64,000 bases of DNA from Eledone cirrhosa (lineage: Eukaryota): NCBI GenBank assembly GCA_964016885.1, contig OZ024750.1:47058001-47122000 (forward strand), in the 5' to 3' direction. Positions 61,878 through 64,000 of this stretch are shown one piece after another; position 1 is the first letter of the stretch; each line of letters begins with the position of its first letter. The position numbers were made by a program, and so were the translations under genes. Under the pieces are notes generated by a model. It had not been told where the DNA came from. It saw only the letters and a program-made list of their open reading frames with translations, and did not search any database.

Positions 61878-62569
61878 TTCATCCCATCTATTCCATAACT
61901 CAAATTGTACCACTCATATCTATTATAATAACCTATTATCATCATTATGATTATTATTGTCATCATCTATCAATGAACCAGCATCATAGCCTTTCATATT
62001 TTAATTTTATATTTTATATTTAATATGTTCTCTCTTTTCTTTTCTATCTTTCTATTTCTCTCCCTAAATTTATTTCATTTGTTACATTTAATCTCATCGT
62101 ATTACTTTCATTTCTAATACAACTTACAATTAATTAATCAAATAATTAATTAATTATCTAATTATATTATAAAAATAACCAATACACACATGAATATATT
62201 TAACATTCCCATGTGTATACCTTCATATCTCTATGTTTTAACCCCAAACACCACAACTACTCTCAATAATCTTACTATGTTTACTTTTCTTCGCACATAT
62301 AAACATTTTTTATTTATTTATTTTCATATTTTATATTGTTTTGTATCATCCTCGATGTAACATATTTATTAGCATGTATTTATTTATTGTTGATATCATT
62401 GTTTCCCTTTATTTGTCTTCTTCCTTACCTTTTATATTTTTCTTTATCCTTTTCTAATCTCTTTCTATCCTCTTTTCTCTCTGTCTTTTTTCTCTGTATC
62501 CTTCTCTTTCTTCCTTTCTCCTTTTTCTTTCTTTTTTCTCTCTCTATCTTTATTACTAATATTATGATG

Positions 62570-62745
62570 TTGGCAGTATCGGTAGAGGGTGGTACATGCC
62601 TACCAGCATAGTTACGTCCCTTTAGGATCTGAGTTCAAATCCCGCCGAGGTTAACTTTGTCTTTCGTCCTTACCGGGTTGATAAAATAAAGTACCAGTAA
62701 TGAACTGGTAATTTGCTTGCCTTGTGCCAAAAGTAGATGATATTG
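62570..62745 (+). mobile_element. Octopus-type SINE
   Basis: TTGGCAGTATCGGTAGAG..GAGTTCAAATCCCGCCGAGG..CCTTGTGCCAAAAG. Confidence 0.85.
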
Positions 62746-63142
62746 TTATTTGAATTCGTAAAAACTGAACATATTTTAATATTCTCCGAAGATCTGGTTA
62801 AGCTAGCAACGTATTTAAAATTGAGTGGCACAGCTCCATGTGTTCAGCAATATTTAAACAAATTTATGAGCGAAACAATTGTTAGACTGTAAATAAAACC
62901 CTTTTTTGTACTGTTGACCATGTTATACTGCATTCTTCACTCTTTCAATATTATTACTCCAAGATAAACTTACATGGGAATGCAAGATAACTCATAAACA
63001 CGCCACCTACGGAAACCCATTTTTATGTGAAACAACACCGGACGCTAAAACTATCCATAATACGAAGTATTCACAACCTCTAACTGGATTACCTATAACG
63101 ATATTTTGTTATCCCTTATATATATATATGTAAGAGGTAAGT

Positions 63143-63299
63143 TTGATTTAAAACTGCACTATTCACAAGTGTTTTTTAACCTTCATATCATGTCTCCCTA
63201 TTTTATCTGACGAAAACGCAAATGGTATCTCATGATGATATTTATTTTTGAAATGCGCATAATAAAATACATAGAACTCTTTTAACTATCTTTTGATCT

Positions 63300-63303
<4 letters not shown>
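63143..63303 (+). mobile_element. Family N element with HHR (63199-63269)
   Basis: TATTTTAT-CTGACGA-stem II-GAAA-TGCGCA-TA-ATAAAATA; ends in (TA)n. Confidence 0.85.
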
Positions 63304-63351
<48 letters not shown>

Positions 63352-63498
63352 ATATGCATATATATATCCATATGCATATACACACACACATACACACACA
63401 CACACATACACACACCCACACACATATATGTATAATGTTTTGATTTGCTTACTGTGTAATTTAGAAACAAAAGATATGTTAAAGTTTGTATTATATCT

Positions 63499-63613
63499 AG
63501 TTCAAATCCCACCGAGGTTATCTTTGCCATTCATCCTTACGGGGTCGATAAAACAAAATACCAGTAACGCAATGGGTAATTGCTGTCGTGGTACCAAAAG
63601 TTTAAACAATTAT
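63499..63613 (+). mobile_element. 5'-truncated octopus-type SINE
   Basis: AGTTCAAATCCACCGAGGTTATCTTTGCCATTCATCCTTACGGGGTCGATAAAA. Confidence 0.8.
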
Positions 63614-64000
63614 ATCTAGTTCATATATATCGTATCACATTTTCCAACGTGTTATATCTATTTAATATGCCTTTGTGTTAAGTTAAAATCAATTTGATGC
63701 CACACATTGATACTTACGACATTTTGCTTATATACAATATACGTATGACACCTAAAACACGACATCAAAATTGTTGTTGATATACAAAATCATACATGTA
63801 TATACATAACAATTCATATCTTTTCACATACATATATACAAACATACATATATGAATTCAATACATACTAAGGTACATACATGCAAGCATACCAACATAG
63901 CTACCTTCTTTCATATTTACATACACACATTCATACACACATACATTCATACATACAAACATATATACATGAATTTATACATACAAAGATACAACGATAC

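Overview
AT-rich eukaryotic DNA, very probably from an octopod cephalopod, judged from the octopus-type tRNA-derived SINEs and the huge (TA)n load. The only host coding sequence I can support is one 182-bp minus-strand exon of a kainate-type ionotropic glutamate receptor (50084-50265), so the window is probably mostly intron. Almost all ORFs in the supplied track are (TA)n/(CA)n/(GA)n artefacts. The main signal is a Penelope-like retroelement (PLE) and hammerhead-ribozyme (HHR) system targeting (TA)n. (1) One intact Hydra-clade PLE (RT + GIY-YIG, 772 aa) has an apparently identical 180-bp inverted terminal segment. (2) About ten distinct non-coding families sit in (TA)n as asymmetric fold-backs; several carry type I hammerheads with palindromic stem III and stem II covariation. 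(3) A ~450-bp tandem HHR monomer looks like a non-LTR retrozyme (circular-RNA template) and carries two octamer motifs. Also present: a 2.85-kb 37-bp minisatellite rich in CRE (TGACGTCA) sites, decayed LINEs (Tx1/L1, RTE, Ingi/Vingi-like), two PLE remnants and about 14 SINE copies. Everything was read by eye; no database searches or folding programs were run, and most boundaries are approximate to within a few bp.
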